64,000 nucleotides of DNA, taken from a virus. Taxonomy: Duplodnaviria > Caudoviricetes. Under the pieces are notes generated by a model. That model did not search any database. It was not told the DNA's origin and saw only the letters and a list, made by a program, of their open reading frames with translations. The position numbers and the translations under genes were made by a program. The stretch covers positions 160,001-224,000 of IMG/VR virus record IMGVR_UViG_3300029288_000056. The stretch is one strand, 5' to 3'. Each line of letters starts with the position of its first letter. Within the stretch, counting starts at the first letter, position 1. Of this stretch, positions 10,249 through 18,620 are shown piece by piece.

Positions 10249-11700
10249 TTAAACCTCAACCCCGTAAACGTCGCTCCAGTCGTCCATTGTCAAGACTGGT
10301 GTACAAATTCCGTTTGCGTCGGGTGCGATTTCAATCTCATCATCAAGGAATATGTCGGCCCGGTTAATGATTTTTCCAGCACTGATGGTGAACAAGCTTT
10401 GTGATGCCCCAGAACCGGATCTCATTTGACCTACTGAAAACGGAGAGGCTCCAACGAAGGACCCGTTAACTATCCACTTACCGTAACCGGACTTTCCGCC
10501 TTCTGACGGTCTGTGGAAATGGCCTATCTTGGTGTACTTCGGTGGTCTTCCTGTGAGCTCAGCAAACTGTCCGATTGCTCTATCAAGGCCGTAATAAGGG
10601 AACTGCAGGTGGGAACGGATACTGTCACCATGGAAGATAAGGTGTCTCTTGCCCGGGAACTCAGGTATCTCGTAGATCAGACCTTCGCCGGTAGAGACAT
10701 AGATGTTTACCCCTTCACACGGCTTAGACCCTCGCCAAGGCAGAAACATACGTTGAAGATTTCTGTAAACGGCGTAGTCAAAGTTGCTGCGTTTGTGATG
10801 ATTCTTGTTCGTCCTTCCGTGGTTTCCATAGACGCAAAAGATGTCTATTGGAATATCCGGGTAGCGCTCAGCAACAGACCCAATGACGCGCGCCAGCTCG
10901 TCGCAAGCCATATACATTGCGTCAAAAGGCTCGAGATCTAAGTACCGTTGTTGGCCGGGATAGATGTCTATACCTTCAATGAAGTCGCCGAGTAAGTCAA
11001 TGACAATTCTAGACGGCATATAGCCGGTATCGAGCGCGTCTTGAATCTTGTGGAAGTGCTCGATCCATCGGTCAACTTTTTGCGGAATGATCTTTGAGTT
11101 GTATTCCCACATTCCCAAAACGTCGCCAGACTTGAAACATTCACCAATTTGCCAATCACCCAAGAGACAGTTCGTGACAAACTTGCCGTCTGTGTGTCGT
11201 GTCTCTTTGCGCTTAATTCTTAAACGTGACGGTCTTCGCAACGACGCTCGAAGGATGGCGTCATCAAATCTAGCCCACCAATTCACGAGTTCATCGTTCT
11301 TTTTACGAAGTCTTTCAATTTCGTCCCAATAAGGGCGTAGGCCCTCGTCGTCTTCGTAACCGATGTCTCGCGCTTTCTCTCTCAGGCTGTTTAAAGACCT
11401 GCCGTAAAAACCTTCTTCAAATATTTGCTTACACTTGTCATTAATTGATCCTGAAATAGAGTTAAGCTTTCCCCTAAACTCTTCTTCTTGTTCGTCAGTC
11501 CACGTCAACCCCGCATAGTTGTCGTTTTCAAAGTCGTTTCCAATACCTAATACCGCGATGCGCTTTTCAATCGACTTATACGACCGATCTAATACTCCTG
11601 AATTAGCTAGGTTGATACATTTTTCAGTCTTCGTTCTTCCTGTTACGGTTGGATAATGCTCTTTTAATAAACAATCTTCTTCTTCGGTCCATAAATTCAC
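10249..11700 (-). CDS. calcineurin-like metallophosphoesterase with N-terminal Myb/HTH-like repeats
   Basis: GDWQ, GDFIEG, GNHG, HGD, GHFH; WTEEED/WTDEQE repeats at the N-terminus. Confidence 0.8.
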   Translation of the reverse strand: MNLWTEEEDCLLKEHYPTVTGRTKTEKCINLANSGVLDRSYKSIEKRIAVLGIGNDFENDNYAGLTWTDEQEEEFRGKLNSISGSINDKCKQIFEEGFYGRSLNSLREKARDIGYEDDEGLRPYWDEIERLRKKNDELVNWWARFDDAILRASLRRPSRLRIKRKETRHTDGKFVTNCLLGDWQIGECFKSGDVLGMWEYNSKIIPQKVDRWIEHFHKIQDALDTGYMPSRIVIDLLGDFIEGIDIYPGQQRYLDLEPFDAMYMACDELARVIGSVAERYPDIPIDIFCVYGNHGRTNKNHHKRSNFDYAVYRNLQRMFLPWRGSKPCEGVNIYVSTGEGLIYEIPEFPGKRHLIFHGDSIRSHLQFPYYGLDRAIGQFAELTGRPPKYTKIGHFHRPSEGGKSGYGKWIVNGSFVGASPFSVGQMRSGSGASQSLFTISAGKIINRADIFLDDEIEIAPDANGICTPVLTMDDWSDVYGVEV

Positions 11701-11750
11701 TATAAAACTCCTTGTATAGGTTATACTCTACTTAACACGATCTAAGTAAA

Positions 11751-12083
11751 TTAGTCCCAAATTATATACGGTAAAGCTAAATTGTATTTTAATACGTTAT
11801 CTACGTAAACATCGATCTCGCACTTACTGTTTGGAACAGTAACATCTTGAGACGCACCGGAATGAGCCTTTAAGACGAATTTTAAAGTCTTATAGTCCTC
11901 AAACACCGTGCTATCTTCCTCGGCCGCCGTGATGTAGATTTCAATCTTCGAGTCCACGTCGGAGGAGTTCATCATCTTAACATGTAGCACAGTAGTCTTG
12001 TCGCTATTGTAAGACGGGGACAAAGAAATATACTCTGCGAATGTAAACGAGAATAACAACAATAGAATGGCTAGTATCTTCAT
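11751..12083 (-). CDS. exported protein with signal peptide
   Basis: MKILAILLLLFSFTFA-E; start corrected to exclude the tRNA-Ser overlap. Confidence 0.6.
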   Translation of the reverse strand: MKILAILLLLFSFTFAEYISLSPSYNSDKTTVLHVKMMNSSDVDSKIEIYITAAEEDSTVFEDYKTLKFVLKAHSGASQDVTVPNSKCEIDVYVDNVLKYNLALPYIIWD

Positions 12084-12100
12084 ATTATCACTTCCTTTTG

Positions 12101-12189
12101 CGGAGAACGCAGGACTTGAACCTGCAAGGCGCAGTTGAATACGCCGGTGGACTTCCAATCCACTGCCTTACCAATTAGACTAGTTCTCC
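12101..12189 (-). tRNA. tRNA-Ser(GGA)
   Basis: Acceptor GGAGAAC/GTTCTCC, anticodon arm GTGGA-TTGGAAG-TCCAC, long variable arm, T-loop TTCAAGT, G73. Confidence 0.93.
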
Positions 12190-12713
12190 TATCCGAAACT
12201 TTCTTGCTCAACCAGATCTCTTAGTTTCTTTTTCAGCGCTATGGCGTCCGTGGTGAGCTTGTCGTCATCTTCTTTGGCATATTCAAACCAAATAAGACAA
12301 AAGTCTTGTTGAAACTCAAACCACGCCGTTATCATGTCTTTATGATGTCCAATGATGCCGCAATGAGGATACTCGCAAATCCACAAATCGTTTTCCTTGT
12401 ACATTTTCACTAAAATCGGTTCATAAAAATAAAGCCTAACAGTGTTATCCGTCACCATTGATATTTCATTATCGCCGCTTTTTATAACTTCCTTAACTAC
12501 TTCAACTTCAGGTTCATCCATCCATAATTTCTCCATGTTTAGCCCTAAATGGCGCGACATACGAAAAGCAAACTCAGATTGTATATTAGGAACTACACCT
12601 TCCGCGTCTAACTCATAGTCTTTCCACCAATCCGGCAAAACATATTCAAGTAGCCATTCCTTAGTATAACCGGCTTTAGATAAACAATCGTACATTTTTT
12701 GTAATTCTATCAT
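12189..12713 (-). CDS. hypothetical protein
   Basis: 174-aa ORF in operon context; the last base of its TAG stop is G1 of tRNA-Ser(GGA). Confidence 0.65.
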   Translation of the reverse strand: MIELQKMYDCLSKAGYTKEWLLEYVLPDWWKDYELDAEGVVPNIQSEFAFRMSRHLGLNMEKLWMDEPEVEVVKEVIKSGDNEISMVTDNTVRLYFYEPILVKMYKENDLWICEYPHCGIIGHHKDMITAWFEFQQDFCLIWFEYAKEDDDKLTTDAIALKKKLRDLVEQESFG

Positions 12714-13063
12714 AATACGGGCTCCGCTTTTTCTTCTCCTGTAATTATATACTTAAACGGATATTCTTCTTTTGGTTCAACATAAACAAAGGTCTTTTCT
12801 GTGTCAGAAAACACCCAACCTCCGCATTTACTACAGTCTCTTGCGGGATTCCAGCAATTACAACTCATATGAACTCCTTTAAAAATAGTTAGGTGGTGTG
12901 CTAACCTGCGACCTCTTTCAGCTAACATCTTCTCCTAAATCTTACGGCGGCTGGACATGATGGTGAATCTCTTTTGGCCAATCCCGAACGCTCAGTCCTT
13001 TTGGAATGCACTGTGAATCTTACCTAGGCAATTCACAGGAGAGCCATCGTTCCGTAACCATTG

Positions 13064-13145
13064 CGGAGGAAGAGGGATTTGAACCCCCAAGCCCTTGCGG
13101 GCGGCAGATTTCAAGTCTGCTGCGTTACCGTTACGCTATTCCTCC
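13064..13145 (-). tRNA. tRNA-Ser(UGA)
   Basis: Acceptor GGAGGAA/TTCCTCC, GCAGA-CTTGAAA-TCTGC, variable arm GCCC-GCAA-GGGC, T-loop TTCAAAT, G73. Confidence 0.95.
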
Positions 13146-13603
13146 AGAACTCTATGGAATATCTCTTGTTCTATTTCCCATTATTCCTCCTGTGATCTAA
13201 CTTCTGATACTGCCGTTATCTGTAGGTCGTACTTGAGTGTAACAACAAGCCCGTCTTCCGATAGTTTACACTCATCATTAGGACAGAAGAACGGAAACTC
13301 ATCTTCACCCCATAGATTGTTGGGCTCTTGATCTTCAATCTCTATTCTTATTTCGGTGCCGCATTTAGGGCACTTAACGATTAAGTCGTAAGGTGTGTCT
13401 AAATACTTCACTCTGTCCATATCGATTTTGCGGTCTGTGCGAATTATAGTAGTTATCGGTTTTGCAATACAATCATGAGTTGGTTGGTTGATAGTGCACC
13501 CACCGCATTCCATCATATTAGTGCAATTATAGACCGCGTATAATCCTGCAAACTCACCCATGTAAGGGCACTTATACTTTATTTCTTCCATTAGATCTCC
13601 TTT

Positions 13604-13685
13604 CGGAAGACGCTGGATTTGAACCAACATGGCCTTGCGGCCGCCGCTGTTCGGGAGCGGTGTCTTACCGTTAGACTAGTCTTCC
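13604..13685 (-). tRNA. tRNA-Ser(CGA), atypical C33
   Basis: Acceptor GGAAGAC/GTCTTCC, CCGCT-CCCGAAC-AGCGG, variable arm GGCC-GCAA-GGCC, T-loop TTCAAAT, G73. Confidence 0.88.
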
Positions 13686-14384
13686 TTATTCTTCTCGCTC
13701 ATCAACGATCTCCAATATCTTCTTCATAACTTCAGATCCCACCGTTAGTGGTGTCTCCCACCACAGGCTTGGGGTACGGCAAGTACCGTACTTAAACCAA
13801 AGCGGAGCGGCTTGCCAAGCTGGTATCTCACTTATTATCTCAAGCCTTTCCTTAGTCGTTACATTCATCAGCTCTTTGTGAGACAATTGCGAACTGGCAA
13901 ACATGCTTATTGCGTTCTTAATCGCATCGCGGCTTCGCCAAACGAAGTAGTTACCTACGTCCTCAGTCGGTACGTTAAAAACTCTAGCATCAAATGTTGC
14001 ATTACTGACTGGGCTTAAAGCACCATCCACCACTTTAAGTATCTCACTGTTAAAAGCCGCAGTTACAATAGATGCGGTAACAGAGGCTATTTTCTGAGTC
14101 CTACCAGCGAACCAATTTTCACTTTCGAATGTTCGGTAGTTCTTCACGAAGATAGATATCTCATCTGACTGTATGAACGCAATTTCTGCACCCATAATAC
14201 TCTGCATGGCGCTCTTCGCTGCTTCACAAAGAGCCTCGTGTATTCTTAAATCATACGGGTGTTGAAACCTCTTACAATAAGTGTGGAAACACCTACCATC
14301 AACACGAATCATTACGGGAGTGCGCGGCATAAGAACGCCGTCGGCACTCTTCTCGTACGCCTTCATCCTGTCAGATAGTTCCAT
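13686..14384 (-). CDS. Thg1-like 3'-5' nucleotidyltransferase (TLP)
   Basis: RMKAYE, RVDGRCFH, QSDEIS, FDARVF, YFVWR-x-x-DA-x-KN. Confidence 0.93.
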   Translation of the reverse strand: MELSDRMKAYEKSADGVLMPRTPVMIRVDGRCFHTYCKRFQHPYDLRIHEALCEAAKSAMQSIMGAEIAFIQSDEISIFVKNYRTFESENWFAGRTQKIASVTASIVTAAFNSEILKVVDGALSPVSNATFDARVFNVPTEDVGNYFVWRSRDAIKNAISMFASSQLSHKELMNVTTKERLEIISEIPAWQAAPLWFKYGTCRTPSLWWETPLTVGSEVMKKILEIVDEREE

Positions 14385-14847
14385 GGTCCCCTCCTAGTAG
14401 TTCCAACATTCTTTTGTTTCCGGTTTTCTTGCACTCTTCTATAATATGTTTCATAATCGCCTCACGAAGATCCTTTTCATACTTCCATTCTGCTTTCCGG
14501 CCTAATGAACACCCGATAGTCTCGGTGAAGAATGAAGGATGATCGTAACGCACATGCGGGCAGTCTTCACAATAAGGAGTACAAGCAATGTATTTGTTGA
14601 AAGGCGGCTTAAAGATCGCATCCCGCACCTCTTGTATTGTTCTGTACACCTCGTCTAGCTTCGCGCCGCAAAAAGGACAGTAGTTCAGTATGAATGCTTC
14701 GGTAGCGACGTTACCATATTCGACTCTAGTTGCGAATACGCGGCACTTCCTACCCTTGCTGTCTTTAAAATCGTCATCTCTGATGTGCCCTGCAAGCATC
14801 ATCATCGTCATACCTTCACAACAGTTTTCCATTTTTACTCCTTTAAT

Positions 14848-14933
14848 TGCCGGAGGCGAGAGTCGAACTCGCACGCCCTTGCGGGCACTTGCTTCTAAGG
14901 CAAGCGGGTCTGCCTAAGTTCCCCCACTCCGGC
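14848..14933 (-). tRNA. tRNA-Leu(UAG)
   Basis: Acceptor GCCGGAG/CTCCGGC, CTTGC-CTTAGAA-GCAAG, variable arm GCCC-GCAA-GGGC, T-loop TTCGACT, A73. Confidence 0.95.
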
Positions 14934-15402
14934 ATTTCTTTCCAGCGCCACTATTATTGGGTTCTAATGCGTGGCAATTTGGGCATAAAATTTCTAAATT
15001 TTCCAATCTATTATCACTAGCTACACCATTTTTATGATGTATTTCCAGTGGAATATTTCTTCCCATCCAGTTATCTAATCCACATAATTCGCATTTTCTT
15101 TCTTTTAATCCGTCCTCAAAAAGTTTGTTTTTAAGTTTATAAGAGCTAACACAACTAGATGTTTCTATATAACATAACGCACTCATTTTATGGGGAGACG
15201 TATACCCTTTATGCCCCATATTCCCGGCATAAACTATTCCAAGTCTTTTAAGATGAGAATTTAAAGTAATTGGTCTACAATTAAATTCCACACACATAGA
15301 CGCCTTACTTCTATTCTCTGCTACCCACTGTTTTATTTCGTCTGCTCTTTCTAAAATATCAGTTCTCAAATATCTATTCCTTTTTAAGCTTGCCATCCAC
15401 AA
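14914..15402 (-). CDS. HNH endonuclease
   Basis: CELCG...LEIHHKNG..SDNRLENLEILCPNCH; AT-rich; TAG stop lies 20 nt inside tRNA-Leu(UAG). Confidence 0.9.
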   Translation of the reverse strand: MWMASLKRNRYLRTDILERADEIKQWVAENRSKASMCVEFNCRPITLNSHLKRLGIVYAGNMGHKGYTSPHKMSALCYIETSSCVSSYKLKNKLFEDGLKERKCELCGLDNWMGRNIPLEIHHKNGVASDNRLENLEILCPNCHALEPNNSGAGKKCRSGGT

Positions 15403-15943
15403 GTCTCCCTAACTCTGCGGCCACCGCTAAGTCGTCCGATTTAACATACATATTCATAATGTCGCGGATCCTAATCGCGTCTTCCTTCCGTACAATCAGT
15501 TCGTAATCAACCATATGGTACTTGCGGTGATTCCACACGTATTTGATGGCTTCCCAAATTCTTTTAAAAACTCCGTCGTTCTCAATCGTTTGCATCCTAA
15601 CGATTGGCTCGTCAACAACTTGCCAACCACTCTCATAGGCTTTCTTCTCGTATTCTATGATCATTGCATGGCCTGTATCATAACAAGCACACCAAATCGT
15701 CTCGCGCACATACTCGGTCTCACCCGGAGATTCTGGTGTTCCGTCCGACAACAGGCCGTTAGGTTCAGTTCTTATTTCCACGACTCTCCCTTATTTTTTC
15801 TACTCTCGCTATAACTTCATCGTATTCGTCATCTTCAAATAAACTCATAATGCGATTCCATTCTGCAATACTGACGCCGAGCCGCTCAAGTGTGTCCTCT
15901 AACATGGCCCTCATCTCGTCTTTTTCTTTCCTAGTAAAACAAC

Positions 15944-16294
15944 TCATTTTACTACTCTAACATCGCCTAAACGATCTCCGCCATGTTCATAAATCTGGAA
16001 TCTTCCCTCGATATGAGATCCGACCGGTGCTCTCTCGATAACCCTGTCGTCGTACATCTCATAGTTACCGACCGTAGTCTTAATGTACCCACAATTAGTG
16101 CGATTAAAAAGTCCACCAGTATTCCAACTGAAGCGGGCCTCTAACACCGTACCTAAGTCTCGCCATTCATATACTGGCTCGGGCATGTTGCAGCCACCAC
16201 TTAAAGCAAAGATCCAAAGGCCGACGAATACAACCAATATAAGGATCGCAAATGCAACATTAAACACTTCGTCTAACATAGTCATCCTTTCCAA
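15944..16294 (-). CDS. membrane-anchored small protein, dispersed WxDLGTV/TxxGNY family
   Basis: Hydrophobic N-terminus ending GGC; EWRDLGTVL, IKTTVGNYE. Confidence 0.6.
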   Translation of the reverse strand: MERMTMLDEVFNVAFAILILVVFVGLWIFALSGGCNMPEPVYEWRDLGTVLEARFSWNTGGLFNRTNCGYIKTTVGNYEMYDDRVIERAPVGSHIEGRFQIYEHGGDRLGDVRVVK

Positions 16295-16341
16295 CTCGTA
16301 AGGATTACTTACAAGTTCAAAAACTAGTGTTGGTCAAGCTT

Positions 16342-16666
16342 TGGAAGCGCCGGGTACTGCCCCCGGGTCCGATAAAAGGCTCCTACAAAATTCACTCACA
16401 AGCTTAGCATCTACCTGATGCAAGGTACTAACTTTTTTGTTTTGCCACTTAATTTCGCAACAAGACCGTGGCCTTCTCATTGCTAGATTGTTTTCCGAGC
16501 GTTACTCCTGCCAACAATCAATTTCGGGTAACGCCCTAGTTTCAAGAACTAGGAAGTAGTTTTTAGGCTGCTTTTATTGTTCTGTCGGTTCTTTAACGAC
16601 CACTCCAACAGAAAGGTCGGCTTGCATTCTGTATCTCCATTCTACCGTCGAATCTGAGTCGCTCCC
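16342..16666 (-). ncRNA. ssrA: tmRNA, one-piece, tag frame GCA-GCC-TAA
   Basis: 5' GGGAGCG-ACTCAGATTCGACGG; 3' GGAC-CCGGG-GGCAGTA-CCCGG-CGCTTCC-A; G3.U70 pair; PK1 stems CGACC/GGTCG and TTCTGTTGG/CCGACAGAA; dedicated promoter upstream. Confidence 0.92.
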
Positions 16667-16683
16667 TTTTTAATTCTATAGAT

Positions 16684-16712
16684 AGTTTATCACACTTCTA
16701 CGCAAAAGTCAA
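16684..16712 (-). promoter_or_regulatory. sigma70-type promoter of the tmRNA, TTGACT-17-TAAACT
   Basis: Conserved motif copy; the -35 box overlaps the HNH stop codon. Confidence 0.8.
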
Positions 16713-17344
16713 GCGTTATTTTCATTTAAAACAGAGTTTAATATCACAGTATTTTGAAATAAATATTCAAATTGCTCCTCTTTACCATAAGTTTTAAGAT
16801 GGCATTCTCTACATAATGTAATTCCATTGTTAACATCAAGTCTTAAATATGGATATTGAGTAAACCCCTTGATGTGATGTACCTGTATTTTTTTATTTGA
16901 GTAACATGATTGACAAATATAATAATCTCTCTTTCTAATCCAATATTGCCATCGCTGATATTCAAAACTTTTTCTAATTTGTTTTTCTTCTGGCGTAATA
17001 CCACCTTTCCAATTATGGTGATTTTTACCAGAATGTTTTTCTTTAACCCTCGAATCCATCCATGATTCTCTAACCCCATTTCTTGCATTTTCTATTTGTT
17101 CTTTTGTTAAAATCCTCCCTTTTAATGTATCACTTATTCTTTTACGAGTTTCTTCAGAAACTATTCTATCCTTTGCTATTTTACCAATCTTTTCGCGGGT
17201 TTCTGGTGTATGTTTTCTGCCCAAATGCCATTCTCTATTCTTTTGTTTTGTTTCTGGCGATTGATGTTTACCCCTATTACTATGCCCATTAATAAATCTT
17301 CTCCCGGGTTTTGCATCTTCTCCACACCCGCATTCGCACTTCAT
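16709..17344 (-). CDS. HNH homing endonuclease with NUMOD3-like repeats
   Basis: CECGCG; GKHQSPETK and GRKHTPETREKI repeats; NWKGG; VHHIK...NNGITLCRECH. Confidence 0.88.
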   Translation of the reverse strand: MKCECGCGEDAKPGRRFINGHSNRGKHQSPETKQKNREWHLGRKHTPETREKIGKIAKDRIVSEETRKRISDTLKGRILTKEQIENARNGVRESWMDSRVKEKHSGKNHHNWKGGITPEEKQIRKSFEYQRWQYWIRKRDYYICQSCYSNKKIQVHHIKGFTQYPYLRLDVNNGITLCRECHLKTYGKEEQFEYLFQNTVILNSVLNENNA

Positions 17345-17958
17345 TTATACATTGCCCTTATGGTTCCCAGAGTTGTTGTTTCTATATTAGAATTACCCGC
17401 ATTGGTTATTAAGGCGCGAGCAGTTCCTTTTCCATAATTAGGATGCTCCCAACCATCCCCTATATTTGCCCAATCATAAGGGCCGAAACCGGTATTATCC
17501 ACACCAAAAGCATCACAGTTTGGATAATCATACAAGAAACAAATGCCAATTAAAAATTTCCCAGAACATCCTATGGTTAAATTAAACTGAGGTTCAATAA
17601 CTTGTGTAATCCAATTACCACCAATATTTGGATTGTATATCAACTGTCCATTAATTGGCCAAATTATATCTGTAGGCACATTATTAATTACATTCCAACA
17701 ACCAACGCTAAAGCCCTGATAAGTGCTGTCGGGCCAACCCTGTGACCAAACATAATACTTGATGCCCTCAAGATACCAATTGGGAATTTCGTCTTCAACT
17801 GGTGGAACATCATATTGGTCGCCAACATATGAATTACTACCAACCATCGGGAACCAAGCATTGGCAATATTACCGTTATCTCGCGATAATTCACCTTCGA
17901 TTAAATATCCAAAACTTAATCCAATTATCATTAGTACTAATATTATAATCTTTTTCAT
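17341..17958 (-). CDS. exported protein with C-terminal IETTTLGTIRAMYK motif
   Basis: Signal peptide MKKIIILVLMIIGLSFG; beta-rich body; characteristic C-terminal tail. Confidence 0.65.
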   Translation of the reverse strand: MKKIIILVLMIIGLSFGYLIEGELSRDNGNIANAWFPMVGSNSYVGDQYDVPPVEDEIPNWYLEGIKYYVWSQGWPDSTYQGFSVGCWNVINNVPTDIIWPINGQLIYNPNIGGNWITQVIEPQFNLTIGCSGKFLIGICFLYDYPNCDAFGVDNTGFGPYDWANIGDGWEHPNYGKGTARALITNAGNSNIETTTLGTIRAMYK

Positions 17959-18169
17959 TCTCTCTCCTTAATATTCATCTTCGTCCTTCTTGTTTCTTTC
18001 TCTCCACTCACCGTATTCAGATTGTGAAATCATCGCCCCTGTAACCAGAAGCACACCTAAGAACCACAATGAATCCCAACCCACCGAAAAATGAACACAT
18101 CCTATACCAGTCCACAAAACGATTGAGTTGATAACTACCCACCACCAACGTTTCATCTTTCCTCCTTTT

Positions 18170-18251
18170 TTGCCCCGAAGGGAGTTGAACCCTTATGCCC
18201 GAAGGCACTGCGTTTTGAGCGCAGCACGTCTTCCAATTTCGTCACAGGGCA
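18170..18251 (-). tRNA. tRNA-Leu(CAA)
   Basis: Acceptor TGCCCTG/CGGGGCA, CTGCG-CTCAAAA-CGCAG, variable arm TGCC-TTCG-GGCA, T-loop TTCAACT. Confidence 0.9.
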
Positions 18252-18419
18252 CTAAACTAGAATTATTCTAAAATGTTCTATCGCATGCTTAGCGAATACG
18301 TTGGCCGCCTTTACCACATGGCTTCCAAAAGGGACCGCTATGTCGATATTCGCGTCATAGATCAGCCATCCTACCATCAATGCGACGATTATGGCCGCTA
18401 AAGCGATAAGTCTTTTCAC
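18252..18419 (-). CDS. small membrane protein (55 aa, not in ORF track)
   Basis: GAGGA SD, GTG start, MKRLIALAAIIVALMVGWLIY...; TAG stop flush with tRNA-Leu(CAA). Confidence 0.55.
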   Translation of the reverse strand: MKRLIALAAIIVALMVGWLIYDANIDIAVPFGSHVVKAANVFAKHAIEHFRIILV

Positions 18420-18592
18420 TTTTCCTCTTTCTCGATGCGATCCATTATGGTCAGCACATTCTTATAGGCGTCTTCGCTGTCTGATTGAAGGAAGGACTTA
18501 TCCCAAAATTTTATCGATGATGTCTCTCCTATCAGCTTTTTCAACTCATCCCTCAATGCTGTCCACTTATCCATAGTTATCACCTCAAAGAG

Positions 18593-18620
18593 ATTGTAAC
18601 ATACTTATCCTAAAAGTCAA
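18593..18620 (-). promoter_or_regulatory. sigma70-type promoter TTGACT-16-TACAAT
   Basis: Conserved motif copy. Confidence 0.75.

Noticed and set aside
12890-13063. c-di-AMP or glycine riboswitch, or HDV-like theta ribozyme, after tRNA-Ser(UGA)
   Set aside because: Only isolated words (CAGCTAAC, CCCGAAC, GGAGAG) in the wrong order or on the wrong strand; could not build the HDV nested pseudoknot
13136-13190. GGAGGAATA repeat and mini-ORF MGNRTRDIP before tRNA-Ser(UGA)
   Set aside because: A 9-bp SD-like repeat and a 9-codon ORF are too short to distinguish from chance
11751-18208. ORF-track N-terminal extensions or ORFs running through tRNAs (to 12158, 13630, 14874; 18017-18208)
   Set aside because: SD-supported ATGs lie just downstream of the tRNAs (12083, 13591, 14832, 18156)
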